Source of the DNA: a virus
DNA: 64,000 bases
Reading direction: 5' to 3' (one strand)
Virus record (IMG/VR): IMGVR_UViG_3300002988_000032
Location: 12,793 to 76,792 of that record
A program made the translations under genes and the position numbers. The notes below the pieces were generated by a model, which was given only the letters and a program-made list of their open reading frames with translations, made no database searches and was not told the origin of the DNA. Of this stretch, positions 44,905 through 53,874 are shown one piece after another (the first letter of the stretch is position 1; every line of letters starts with the position of its first letter).

Positions 44905-45342
44905 ATGTTCGGACTGCTTGAACGCGCCAGAGCCGGCTTGGCCGGCGCCGTTTCCCAGGCGAAAAACAAGGAATTCATGGAAGCGGCGATGGCCGGGTGC
45001 GCGCTCGTCGCCGCCGCCGACGGCGAGATCGAGGACGCCGAAAAGGCGAAGATGGCGAAGTTCATCGAACGCTCGCCGGAACTCGCGGCGTTCGACCGCA
45101 CGAGGATGATCGCCGTTTTCAACAAGTTCGCCGATCAGATCGACTTCGACTTCAAGATGGGCAAGGACGCCGTCCTGGGTGAGGTCCGTGAGGTTCCGGG
45201 CGACGAGCAGCGAATTCTACTGATGCGCTTGTTGGTCGCCATCGCCGGCAGCGACGGCGAAATCGAGCCGGCGGAGCGCAAGGTGCTGGTCGAAGTCGCC
45301 CGCGTTCTCGGACTGTCGCCGGGCGAGTTCATCCCGTCGTGA
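44905..45342 (+). CDS. TerB-like protein
   Basis: CALVAAADGEIEDAEK and AIAGSDGEIEPAERK duplicated motifs. Confidence 0.85.
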   Translation: MFGLLERARAGLAGAVSQAKNKEFMEAAMAGCALVAAADGEIEDAEKAKMAKFIERSPELAAFDRTRMIAVFNKFADQIDFDFKMGKDAVLGEVREVPGDEQRILLMRLLVAIAGSDGEIEPAERKVLVEVARVLGLSPGEFIPS

Positions 45343-45506
45343 GCGCGATCGGCGGAAAGCTCCGGTTCTGGGGCGTCGCGGCGATCGGAGCCGCGATCGT
45401 TTTGGTTGATTTCACGAGTTGGATCCTGTCGGCGGCGACGGAACTTGTGATGGTCGCGGCGATCTTGTGGATCCTCTCGCCAATGAGAACGGATCGTTGG
45501 GAGTAG
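45339..45506 (+). CDS. Small two-TM membrane protein (55 aa)
   Basis: Read by hand; GTGA overlap with the TerB-like stop; hydrophobic. Confidence 0.45.
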   Translation: MSAIGGKLRFWGVAAIGAAIVLVDFTSWILSAATELVMVAAILWILSPMRTDRWE

Positions 45507-45967
45507 GCGATCCCCCGACAGCATCACGAAGAGCCTGATGCGGCTTGTGACCATCCTGCCGGCGCTGTTCGAGACGCGGATTTGTCCCCCGCGCGAGACG
45601 GCGAGCCGCCGGCGCTCCTCCAGTCGGGGAACGCGCCCGGGCGACCGCACCGAGAAGGCCGGTGTCCGGCCCCGTGTCCCATGAACAGCGAAGGCTGAGA
45701 AGGCGGAAACGATGACATGGATCAAACCCGCGACGCGCGCCCGGCGGACTGAGGGCGACCGGAACGCCGAATAGGCGCGATGGGGTGGGCGGCGACCGAA
45801 CACTCCCTCGTTCGATGGATCGCCGGGAGCCGCCCGACAGCGCGAGTTCAGAGCACCGGGCGGCGGGTTTGTGTTCCAACCACGGACGCGGACAAATGGG
45901 CCGCCGCCCGTCATCAGCGAAGTGACGCGAACACGGGCGTCATGTCGCCAACCGCGGGAGGGCCGTC

Positions 45968-46099
45968 ATGTTCAGTCGTATCGTCGTCGTCGCGTTCAGC
46001 GCCAGGGACTGGTCGGATCGGATTTCGCCCGTCGCGATGGCCGCGATCATTCTCGTCGGGTTGGCGTTCATCACCGCCGGCGGCGTCGTTTGGCCGTGA
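45968..46099 (+). CDS. Small membrane peptide (43 aa)
   Basis: Read by hand; GGGAGGG RBS; hydrophobic C-terminus. Confidence 0.35.
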   Translation: MFSRIVVVAFSARDWSDRISPVAMAAIILVGLAFITAGGVVWP

Positions 46100-46128
46100 A
46101 ACTGAACACTTGATCGAGGTTGTTGTTC

Positions 46129-46506
46129 ATGAGTTCAGCCGCGCCCAATCCCGTCAATATCCGTCTCGGCGAACGCGCGCGCCTTCGGCGCGATCTCCTC
46201 GGCTTGAGCCGGGAGGCCGTGGGGAAGGCGATCGGCGTCTCCGGGCGCCGGATCGCGGATATCGAACGCGGGGTCGCGCGCGTCGATGTGGCTCTCCTAG
46301 TCGGTTTGGCCGGCGCGCTCGACACGGCGACGACGTATTTTCTCGACGAGAGCGCGGACGGGGACGGGTTGGGGGCGGCATCCGCCGACGCCGAGTTCAC
46401 CGGATATTTCGCGAAACTGACCGGAAAGCAGAGAACCACCCTCCTCCACCTCGCCAAGTCGATGGCGGAGGTGCCGCCGAAACGCGCGGGAGCGCGACAA
46501 CGATGA
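46129..46506 (+). CDS. XRE-family HTH, diverged paralogue of 42431-42826
   Basis: LGERARLRRDLLGLSREAVGKAIGVSGRRIADIERG. Confidence 0.75.
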   Translation: MSSAAPNPVNIRLGERARLRRDLLGLSREAVGKAIGVSGRRIADIERGVARVDVALLVGLAGALDTATTYFLDESADGDGLGAASADAEFTGYFAKLTGKQRTTLLHLAKSMAEVPPKRAGARQR

Positions 46507-47015
46507 TCCGGCGCGGCGGAAAACGGAAGCGGCGCATTCTGCTCGACAAGAGTGAACTTCCGATCGGGCCGAACACGGCGAGAATGGATCGTCCGGAGAC
46601 GCGATTCCGATCAAAACCGCATCGGGATTGGATCGGCGCCCTGCCCTGCCTGATATGCGGGCGGATCGGTCCGGTCGCCGCCGCTCACATCCGACTGGGA
46701 AACGACGGAGCGGCCGGGGTCAAACCGTCGGATTTCTTCACCGTGCCGCTGTGCGATTCCCACCTGGGCGGCTTCGCGTTCGACGGATGCCACGACATCC
46801 AGCACTCGATGGGCGAAGGCCCGTTTTGGGCGCTCTACGGCGGCGTCGACCGGGCGCGGGAAACGGCGCTCGACTTCGCCGCCAAGTCCCCCTGCCCCGA
46901 CGCCCGCGAAGCCGCGCGCCTGTTCCGCGCGACCGGATGTTGGGCGGCGCCGGGCGACGCGCCGGCGATCGATCCCGCCCAGCGCCCGAAACTCGATCAA
47001 AGGAATTTCCGATGA
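46503..47015 (+). CDS. DUF968/Ref-like HNH nuclease
   Basis: RSKPHRDWIGALPCLICG, AHIR, KPSDFFTVPLC...CHDIQH. Confidence 0.75.
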   Translation: MIRRGGKRKRRILLDKSELPIGPNTARMDRPETRFRSKPHRDWIGALPCLICGRIGPVAAAHIRLGNDGAAGVKPSDFFTVPLCDSHLGGFAFDGCHDIQHSMGEGPFWALYGGVDRARETALDFAAKSPCPDAREAARLFRATGCWAAPGDAPAIDPAQRPKLDQRNFR

Positions 47016-47258
47016 TGATCTCCATCCGCACCTTCACCGGGGTCGACTTCAATCTCCAATCGCCCTGCCCCGCCGCCCGCGACGCCGTTCGCCGGTTCGA
47101 CGCCGGTGTCGGTTGGAACGGAGATCTGAACGACGACGGCGGAACCGACGGGATGCGACGCCCGTGAGACGACGACGCGGAGACACACGCTTACCTCTCG
47201 GGGGAAACCAATTCGCCGTTCGCGACGGACGCCGAGAGCGAACGAACGGAGGTCCAAG

Positions 47259-48173
47259 ATGATCGATATCGACGCGCGTGTCGCGACCGAGACGAAAGAA
47301 CTCCTCGCCGGCCACGTCATGCGGCCCGACGACACGCGGTCGTTTCGGTTCCGCCGCGCCGACGGACGGAGCGAATATTGGTTTCAACTGACCTGGAACC
47401 CCGGACACCTGCACCTGTCCGGCGACTGCGGCAACCTCGCCCTCACGCACTACCACGCCCTGGGCAAGTTCGAGGAGGGCATGAACTGGGCCGCCGAGAG
47501 CGGGGCCGACTACCTGCTCGGAAAGTCCGATAAGCAGCGGGAGTACGACAGCGAAGGCACGCTCCGGCACATCGTCGACGATGCCAATCGCCCGGTGATC
47601 GAGGCCATGAACGGCTACGTGACCTATCGTATGGTCAAGCCCGAGGGCTGGGTCGAGGGACAGAGGCTCGTGTCCGTTCGCCATCGCGAAAACGGCTTTC
47701 GGCACGAACTTCAGGACTGGCGCCGCGAGCCGGAGGAGGGTCGGTGGGACCGCGACGACCTGGGCGATCCGCGCGTCATCACCCCGCGCATGCCCGCTCC
47801 CGGTGTGTATTGGAACGACGACACTCCGCTGAGCGACATGTTCGAGTTCGACGAGTGCTGGGGGGGCTGGCTGCGCCTGTGGCGCCTGACCATCGGCGAG
47901 GGATACTTCCACGGCTCAAAGCTTATATCCCCGCGGGACGTTCTTCATCCCGCGAAGCGTCGAGAGATCAAGAGGGAACTCAAAGACCGGCTCGAAGACG
48001 CCCACGCGGCGGGTGAGACGTGCCGCCGCCTCGGGTTCGACGATTGGTACGGCCATTACGAGTATTCGCATCACTCGGCGTTCCAGATCGAGGTGATCCG
48101 TTTCGGCTGCCGGATGATCTTGGACGGCATCCGCGCCGCCCGCGACGCGTTCACGGGCGGCGGAGGCATATGA
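47259..48173 (+). CDS. Hypothetical phage protein (304 aa)
   Basis: YWFQLTWNPGHLHLSGDCG; GGAGG RBS. Confidence 0.7.
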   Translation: MIDIDARVATETKELLAGHVMRPDDTRSFRFRRADGRSEYWFQLTWNPGHLHLSGDCGNLALTHYHALGKFEEGMNWAAESGADYLLGKSDKQREYDSEGTLRHIVDDANRPVIEAMNGYVTYRMVKPEGWVEGQRLVSVRHRENGFRHELQDWRREPEEGRWDRDDLGDPRVITPRMPAPGVYWNDDTPLSDMFEFDECWGGWLRLWRLTIGEGYFHGSKLISPRDVLHPAKRREIKRELKDRLEDAHAAGETCRRLGFDDWYGHYEYSHHSAFQIEVIRFGCRMILDGIRAARDAFTGGGGI

Positions 48174-48276
48174 AGTGGGGATCTCGAAAGTTGGATGGAC
48201 CGACAAAACGCGCGGGAGCGCGGCGCGTCCGCGAACTCCGCCGCGCCGCCAAGGCCAAGGCAACGGGGGAAACGCG

Positions 48277-48573
48277 ATGAATGACAACACCGAACGCCGG
48301 TTTCCCGTGCTTGGCGAAAAAAGCCGAGCCTTTTTCAAGGACGTGCCGTTCGACATCCTCGCCCCGCACGAGAGGCAAGCGCTTGCCAATCATGGACAGA
48401 CGCTAAAGCGTTTGGCGGAACGAGGGGGATTGGACCTCACCGAGATGGTCGCGATCCTTGAAGACCGCAGATGGGAGATGATGCCGCTTCCCGAAGCGGC
48501 GGAACGAGTGCGGAAATTCGTCGATGAGCGCAACCGCGCCGCCATCGCCGGGGCCAAGGGAGAGACACGATGA
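48277..48573 (+). CDS. Hypothetical phage protein (98 aa)
   Basis: APHERQALANHGQTLKRLAERGGL. Confidence 0.65.
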   Translation: MNDNTERRFPVLGEKSRAFFKDVPFDILAPHERQALANHGQTLKRLAERGGLDLTEMVAILEDRRWEMMPLPEAAERVRKFVDERNRAAIAGAKGETR

Positions 48574-49172
48574 TATGGTCTCACGAGGTCGGACGGCTGA
48601 CCCGTCTCCTGAAAGGTGCGCGCGCGGCCAACGCCGATGTCCGACGCGCGCGCAACAAGGCTCTAGCCAGCGTCGAGGAGTTGGAAGCGACCGACTATTT
48701 CGGAACGCTGGTTTCTCGTGCGCGAGCCGTCGCCGCGAAGGCTTCCGTGAGATTCCCCCAGCCGAACTACGTGACGCTGAAGGTGGCTGAAGAGGCCGGC
48801 GAGGTGGTGCGCGGATGCGTCCATTTCGCGGAGCACCGGATGGAGTGGACGGAGGTCGAGGGCGAGATCGTGCAACTGCTCGCGATGCTCATCCGCCTCG
48901 TGACCGAGGGCGACGACGTGAACGGAGTTCACCCGCCGTCCGCTCTCCCCTCCCTTCCCCCGATGCGCGTCCTTCATGTCGATCGCGGAACCGTCTACAC
49001 GGTCGTCGGGGAGGCGGAGTTGCAATCGTCAGGCGGTCCCGTCGCCGAGGGGGCGAAACTCACCGTTTATCGCGGCGCCGATGGAAACCTCTGGGTACGC
49101 CCGTCGGACGAGTTTTCCGACGGTCGGTTCACCGTCACCCCTCCCACCGGGGAGGTGAGCGATGCTGGTTGA
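48570..49172 (+). CDS. MazG-like NTP pyrophosphatase domain fused to a DUF1653-like domain
   Basis: KVAEEAGEV...EGEIVQ motif; C-terminal YTVVGEA...VYRGADGNLWVRPSDEFSDGRF. Confidence 0.55.
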   Translation: MIWSHEVGRLTRLLKGARAANADVRRARNKALASVEELEATDYFGTLVSRARAVAAKASVRFPQPNYVTLKVAEEAGEVVRGCVHFAEHRMEWTEVEGEIVQLLAMLIRLVTEGDDVNGVHPPSALPSLPPMRVLHVDRGTVYTVVGEAELQSSGGPVAEGAKLTVYRGADGNLWVRPSDEFSDGRFTVTPPTGEVSDAG

Positions 49173-49614
49173 GATCGACCCCGCCACAGGTATGACGCCG
49201 GGCGGTCGCCATATCCTCGTCGAGATGGGCATGCTTGGGGCCATGTCCATTCTCCCCATATCCGGGAAGAGATGCGACGCGTGCGTGAACTCACGTGGCG
49301 GGCGACCGCTCTCGCTCACATGCGACGCGTGCGACATTCGGGCGAGCAACTGGCGACCGCGCCAGACTATCCCCGCCTCTCTCGCCTACCGCCCCGACAT
49401 GGAGGCGGTCGCGCGAGCGCTCTGCAAGGCGGCGGGTCAAGACCCCGATGTAAGGGTCGCCTACACGCGCCTTTCGGACGGGACGAGGGTTCGACGCTGC
49501 CAGACACCAGGCGGCGGCTACCCCGAAACACCGTTTTGGGAATGGTATTTCGCGGGAGCCGCGCGTGTGGCTATCCGCGCCATGGGGTTGGAGGTTGAAG
49601 ATGAACATGGTTGA
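49162..49614 (+). CDS. Hypothetical protein (150 aa)
   Basis: Cys pairs; overlapping operon gene. Confidence 0.5.
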   Translation: MLVEIDPATGMTPGGRHILVEMGMLGAMSILPISGKRCDACVNSRGGRPLSLTCDACDIRASNWRPRQTIPASLAYRPDMEAVARALCKAAGQDPDVRVAYTRLSDGTRVRRCQTPGGGYPETPFWEWYFAGAARVAIRAMGLEVEDEHG

Positions 49615-50050
49615 ACTCTTGGCTCTCGCCGATCGCGTCGAACGTGCGGTGAAGGGGGACCGACTCCTTGATACGGAAGTCTGGCTCGCCGTCGGAGGCG
49701 CCGCGGTTGAGACGTACAAGCGTGAGTTCGGGCGCCTACCCACATTGTCGCCGTCCGAACGGGTCAACGGCATAACGGCTTACGAGTGTGCGAAGCGGTT
49801 TCCGAACAACATGGAGCAGATCGCTCATCACTGGGGTATTCCGAAGCTGACCGCCAGCCTGGACGCGGCGCTGACGCTCCTCCCGGACGGAGCGCTTTAT
49901 AGAGTTGGGAACGACGAGGATGATATCGGTTCGTTCAAGGCCGAGATCATCTCCGGCGAGGCGCTTCGTCTTTCCACGGCAGTGGCGATCTCGGCCCCTC
50001 TCGCCCTCTGCGCCGCCGCGCTCAGAGCGCGGGCGGAGGTGGAGGGATGA
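49601..50050 (+). CDS. Hypothetical phage protein (149 aa)
   Basis: LADRVERAVKGDRLLD...TASLDAALTLLP. Confidence 0.6.
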   Translation: MNMVELLALADRVERAVKGDRLLDTEVWLAVGGAAVETYKREFGRLPTLSPSERVNGITAYECAKRFPNNMEQIAHHWGIPKLTASLDAALTLLPDGALYRVGNDEDDIGSFKAEIISGEALRLSTAVAISAPLALCAAALRARAEVEG

Positions 50051-50250
50051 TCAACCCATGCAACTCCTGCCACCGCGGTTCCTACTACGGCGGTGGATGT
50101 GTCGTATCCGTCTGGGATGGTGGACCGTGTCTCAATTGCATACATGGCCACCGGCAGAAACCCGTGAAATGCAACTACAGCGCACGGGATATGCCGGTCG
50201 ACGGCTCCCGCCCGCCATGCCCGACATGCGATGGGGGGAGGACAGAATGA
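50047..50250 (+). CDS. Cys-rich small protein
   Basis: Several CxxC motifs; ATGA overlaps. Confidence 0.45.
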   Translation: MINPCNSCHRGSYYGGGCVVSVWDGGPCLNCIHGHRQKPVKCNYSARDMPVDGSRPPCPTCDGGRTE

Positions 50251-50606
50251 CCGACCTGAAACCATGCCCATTCTGCGGCGGCGAAGCCCGGCATGATCGG
50301 ACGCATCAACCCCAAGGTCTGGCCCGCGTTTATTGCACCGTTTGCGGAGCGGGAGCGGACTTCCGCCCATCCGAGATCGCCGCCGCGAGCCTATGGAACG
50401 ACCGATCGCGTGCAAATGCTGACGCCCTCCGCCGTGGAGCGGAGGAGATGCGGGAGGCGGCGGTTCGCATGGTCGAGACCACGCAAGAGACCTTTTCCGG
50501 GGGAGAGCGTGGCCTTGATCCACGCGATGACGGCAACAGGATCGGACTCGCCTACGCGACCGGGATCCGTTTCCTCCCCATCCCCACCGAGGGAGGCGCC
50601 TCGTGA
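50247..50606 (+). CDS. Lar-family restriction alleviation protein
   Basis: LKPCPFCGG...YCTVCGA...AASLWNDR. Confidence 0.75.
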   Translation: MTDLKPCPFCGGEARHDRTHQPQGLARVYCTVCGAGADFRPSEIAAASLWNDRSRANADALRRGAEEMREAAVRMVETTQETFSGGERGLDPRDDGNRIGLAYATGIRFLPIPTEGGAS

Positions 50607-51295
50607 TCCATTATCACGGCACGCCCATAACGCCACGCACGCATCTATACAATCTAGCCGGGCGACACTTCTGCGTTTCGTTCGCCGAACCGCGCGATGC
50701 CGACGTTTGCATGCAAATTGGGCAGTCCGTTCTTTGGGATAACGGAGCATTCAGCCTCTACACTTCTGGTCGTGAGATCAACGAGCGCGCGCTATACGAG
50801 TGGGTGGGACAACGTCTTGGGAACCCACACCGAGCCGTGGTTCTGGACAAGATCGATGGCGATGTGGATGAACAACGCGCCTACCTCGAGAGGTGGCCGT
50901 ATTCACGTGATGTGTCCTGGCCGGTGTGGCATCTCGATAAGCCGCTCGATTATTTGCTTGAGTTGGCTGACCACTGGTGTGGTCTGTGCCTCGGTTCATC
51001 TGGCGATTATTGGAAAATAGGGACACAAAATTGGGAACGACGCATGGACGAGGCGTTCAACCACTTAAGCCGTCACCGCACTGATCTGCCTTGGGTCCAT
51101 GGACTTCGCATGCTGGGGCAGGCCGGAAATCGCTGGCCTCTATCCTCCGCCGACAGCGCGAACATCGCCCGCAACCACGCCGGCAGTTCGAAGTCCGCCC
51201 CCAAATGTCCGTCGGCGATGGCGCAGGAAATCGACGCGCGGCAATGCCCGATCCGGTGGGAACCCCGTCTTATTCAAGAGGAATTTGCCGCATGA
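50603..51295 (+). CDS. TGT/DpdA-like transglycosylase-fold protein (230 aa)
   Basis: DNGAFS, LDKIDG, PVWH, LCLGS, VHGLRM, SADS motifs in TGT-like order. Confidence 0.55.
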   Translation: MIHYHGTPITPRTHLYNLAGRHFCVSFAEPRDADVCMQIGQSVLWDNGAFSLYTSGREINERALYEWVGQRLGNPHRAVVLDKIDGDVDEQRAYLERWPYSRDVSWPVWHLDKPLDYLLELADHWCGLCLGSSGDYWKIGTQNWERRMDEAFNHLSRHRTDLPWVHGLRMLGQAGNRWPLSSADSANIARNHAGSSKSAPKCPSAMAQEIDARQCPIRWEPRLIQEEFAA

Positions 51296-51834
51296 ACCCC
51301 CTCGGCTTGGCGTCTTTGATAGCTTTCGCGTCGACCATTCCCGCCGCGAACTATCTGATCGGCAACGTCGGAACGGAGTGCCTTCCCAATGGCCCGTGCC
51401 TGATACCCGTTTGGTTCGGTCTGACGGCCCCATCCGGTGTGCTGATGGTCGGAGCGGCGTTGCTCCTTCGTGATTTGGTTCAGCACGAGCTGGGTACGCG
51501 ATGGGCGATATTCGCTGTCGCTTTGGGTGGACTGGCGTCCGGCCTTTGCGCACCTCTCGCGCTGACTGAGGCGTCGGTCGCGGCATTTATGCTGAGCGAG
51601 ATGGTCGACATGGCGGTCTACACCCCGCTTCGACAACGTCGACTCGTCATGGCTATAGCGGCGTCAAACGTCGCTGGGGTCTTCGTCGACAGCGTGATCT
51701 TTCTTTGGCTTGCCTTCGATTCAATCGACATGCTGTCCGGTCAGGTCATCGGGAAGATGCTCATGACTGCGGCGGCAACGCCGATCGTCATGCTGATGCG
51801 ACGCACCCCCACCGAGGGAGGCGGGAATGGGTGA
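51292..51834 (+). CDS. VUT family (queuosine precursor) transporter
   Basis: Six-TM protein; APSGVLMVGAALLLRDLVQ, ASVAAFMLSEMVDMAVY, VDSVIFLWLAF. Confidence 0.8.
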   Translation: MNPLGLASLIAFASTIPAANYLIGNVGTECLPNGPCLIPVWFGLTAPSGVLMVGAALLLRDLVQHELGTRWAIFAVALGGLASGLCAPLALTEASVAAFMLSEMVDMAVYTPLRQRRLVMAIAASNVAGVFVDSVIFLWLAFDSIDMLSGQVIGKMLMTAAATPIVMLMRRTPTEGGGNG

Positions 51835-52912
51835 GACATCCGGTATCGCCTGGACCGACGCGACTTGGAATCCATGGATCGGCTGCACGAAGATCTCGCC
51901 CGCGTGCGCGAACTGCTACGCGGAGCGTGAGCGCGCCGTGAAGGCGCTCGGCGTCGAATGGGGCAAGGGCAAGCCGCGCCACCGCACCAGCGCCGACAAT
52001 TGGCGCGAGCCGTTCCGGTGGGACCGTAAATGCGCCAAGGAAGGGCGGCGCATGCGGGTGTTCTGCGCCTCGCTCGCCGACGTGTTTGACGAGGAGGTTC
52101 CCGACGCATGGCGCGACGAGGTGTTCGCGACCATGGCGTTGACGCCGAATCTGGATTGGCTGGTGCTGACCAAGCGCGCCGCCAAGATGCGGGAGTATAT
52201 CGAATCCCTTGGCCGTGATTGGGTACTGCGACTTTCGAAAGCGATCAACCGATCGGACGCGATGATTCGTGCCTCCGACTCCCCCGGTAGATTGACGCCG
52301 CGATGGCCCCTCCTCAACGTCTGGCTCGGCGTCACCGCTGAGGATCAACCGCGCGCCGACGATCGGATCCCCGATCTGCTCGCCACCCCGGCGGCGAAGC
52401 GGTTCGTGAGTTGCGAGCCGCTGTTGGGGGCGGTAGATCTGAAACACCTTGATCCGAAGCCATTTGGCGCCAAAGCCAACGCGCTTTCTGGAAAGTGGGC
52501 ATGGACCGACGGGCCGATTCGAACGGAGACCCCCGCGCTCGACTGGGTGATCGTCGGCGGAGAGAGCGGCCCAAAGGCCCGTCCGATGCACCCCGACTGG
52601 GTGCGGAGCCTCCGCGATCACTGCGCGGCGGCGAGGGTGCCGTTCTTCTTCAAACAATGGGGAGAGTGGTCGCCGGTCTTCATGGAAGAAGATGAGGAAG
52701 GACGGTTCGGGGCGGCGTACTCGATCGACGGGTGCGGAGCGCCGGACGCCCTGCACAAACCCGACCAAGAGTGCCTGTTCTGGCAAGACGGCGATCTCGT
52801 CCATTGGCCGGAGGTGACCGGGCGGTCGGCGATCGGCGCCAGACGGACGGGAAGGAAGGCGGCGGGGAATCTTCTCGACGGGCGTCAACACCGGGAGGTG
52901 CCGAGTGTCTGA
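51827..52912 (+). CDS. DUF5131 (phage Gp37/Gp68) protein
   Basis: WTDATWNPWIGCTKISPACANCYA, FCASLADVF, LTKR, WVIVGGESG, FFFKQWG. Confidence 0.9.
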   Translation: MGETSGIAWTDATWNPWIGCTKISPACANCYAERERAVKALGVEWGKGKPRHRTSADNWREPFRWDRKCAKEGRRMRVFCASLADVFDEEVPDAWRDEVFATMALTPNLDWLVLTKRAAKMREYIESLGRDWVLRLSKAINRSDAMIRASDSPGRLTPRWPLLNVWLGVTAEDQPRADDRIPDLLATPAAKRFVSCEPLLGAVDLKHLDPKPFGAKANALSGKWAWTDGPIRTETPALDWVIVGGESGPKARPMHPDWVRSLRDHCAAARVPFFFKQWGEWSPVFMEEDEEGRFGAAYSIDGCGAPDALHKPDQECLFWQDGDLVHWPEVTGRSAIGARRTGRKAAGNLLDGRQHREVPSV

Positions 52913-53225
52913 CCTTCCGAACGCCTACGGCCCATGGACGCCGATCGTCGTCACGGGCCACACGGTCACGCGACAAGCGCCCGAGATCGCCCGCCCCGAA
53001 CGAGATGAATACACCTGCCCGGATTGTGGGGACGATACCGACGTGGTCCTGCTCGACCAGCCGGGAGAGTCTCCAACAGCGGCGGATTGGCTGGGGCCTA
53101 GGGACACTCTCAAGCCTGGAGATGTCGCTTTGTGGTTTTGCAACCATTGCGGCGCGGCTTGGCGATCGCGCGTCACGGTCGTTTCCGCCGACGAGAGCGC
53201 GACGGGAGGGAAGCCCCATGGCTGA
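52905..53225 (+). CDS. Zn-ribbon protein (106 aa)
   Basis: CPDC and CNHC. Confidence 0.55.
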   Translation: MSDLPNAYGPWTPIVVTGHTVTRQAPEIARPERDEYTCPDCGDDTDVVLLDQPGESPTAADWLGPRDTLKPGDVALWFCNHCGAAWRSRVTVVSADESATGGKPHG

Positions 53226-53670
53226 TCTCTTCCCCCGCGCGCTCCCCGTCCGCATCCAGCGCCGCCGGACGCCGGGGTTCAATCTCCAAGACGCGTCGCG
53301 GGCGATCAACGGTCTTCCGGCGGTCGTCGTCAGCCGTCCGACCCTCCTCGGGAACCCATTCGTCATCGGAGAACCCAGCGGTTTCGGGTTTGAGGACGGA
53401 GGGGACGAGACCCCGATGGTCGCGGCCCTCACGCCGGAACAATCGGTCGAATACTACAGGCTGATGATCGAGGGCGTCATGATGCCGGAAATGCACCCGC
53501 ACGGCCCGCGCTGGATGAAACGATTCCGCGAGAAGGTTCGCGGCCACGACCACCCGACGGATTGGGTCCGCGCGACCCTGCGGGGCCGCAACCTCGCATG
53601 TTGGTGCGCCGTTGATTTTCCCTTCTGCCATTGCCTACCCTTGCTGGAGATCGCCAATGCCACCCATTGA
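53218..53670 (+). CDS. DUF4326-family protein
   Basis: RIQRRR, VSRPTLLGNPF, LRGRNLACWC. Confidence 0.85.
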   Translation: MADLFPRALPVRIQRRRTPGFNLQDASRAINGLPAVVVSRPTLLGNPFVIGEPSGFGFEDGGDETPMVAALTPEQSVEYYRLMIEGVMMPEMHPHGPRWMKRFREKVRGHDHPTDWVRATLRGRNLACWCAVDFPFCHCLPLLEIANATH

Positions 53671-53869
53671 AACTCTTGGAGACGCGCTCCCCAAGGAAAT
53701 GGCCCGCGTGCGGGACGAGGTTCTGCCTATCTACCTCGTGACGCCGATGGGTCAACTTGCCGCCGCGATGATGCGAGCCGATCTCGACCGAGCCGCGCGG
53801 GCGCTCGCCGAGGGTGACGTCGCCAAGATGATTGAGGTGTTTGAGAGCCTGAAAGGATGGAAGGTTTGA
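53657..53869 (+). CDS. Hypothetical protein (70 aa)
   Basis: LGDALPKEMARVRD; operon overlap. Confidence 0.55.
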   Translation: MPPIETLGDALPKEMARVRDEVLPIYLVTPMGQLAAAMMRADLDRAARALAEGDVAKMIEVFESLKGWKV

Positions 53870-53874
53870 CGCGG

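Noticed and set aside
47091-47107. tRNA (GCCGG-TTCGACG-CCGGT resembles a T-arm)
   Set aside because: No upstream acceptor half, D-arm or anticodon arm; lies within a short ORF (47012-47167) that may be an HD-protein remnant
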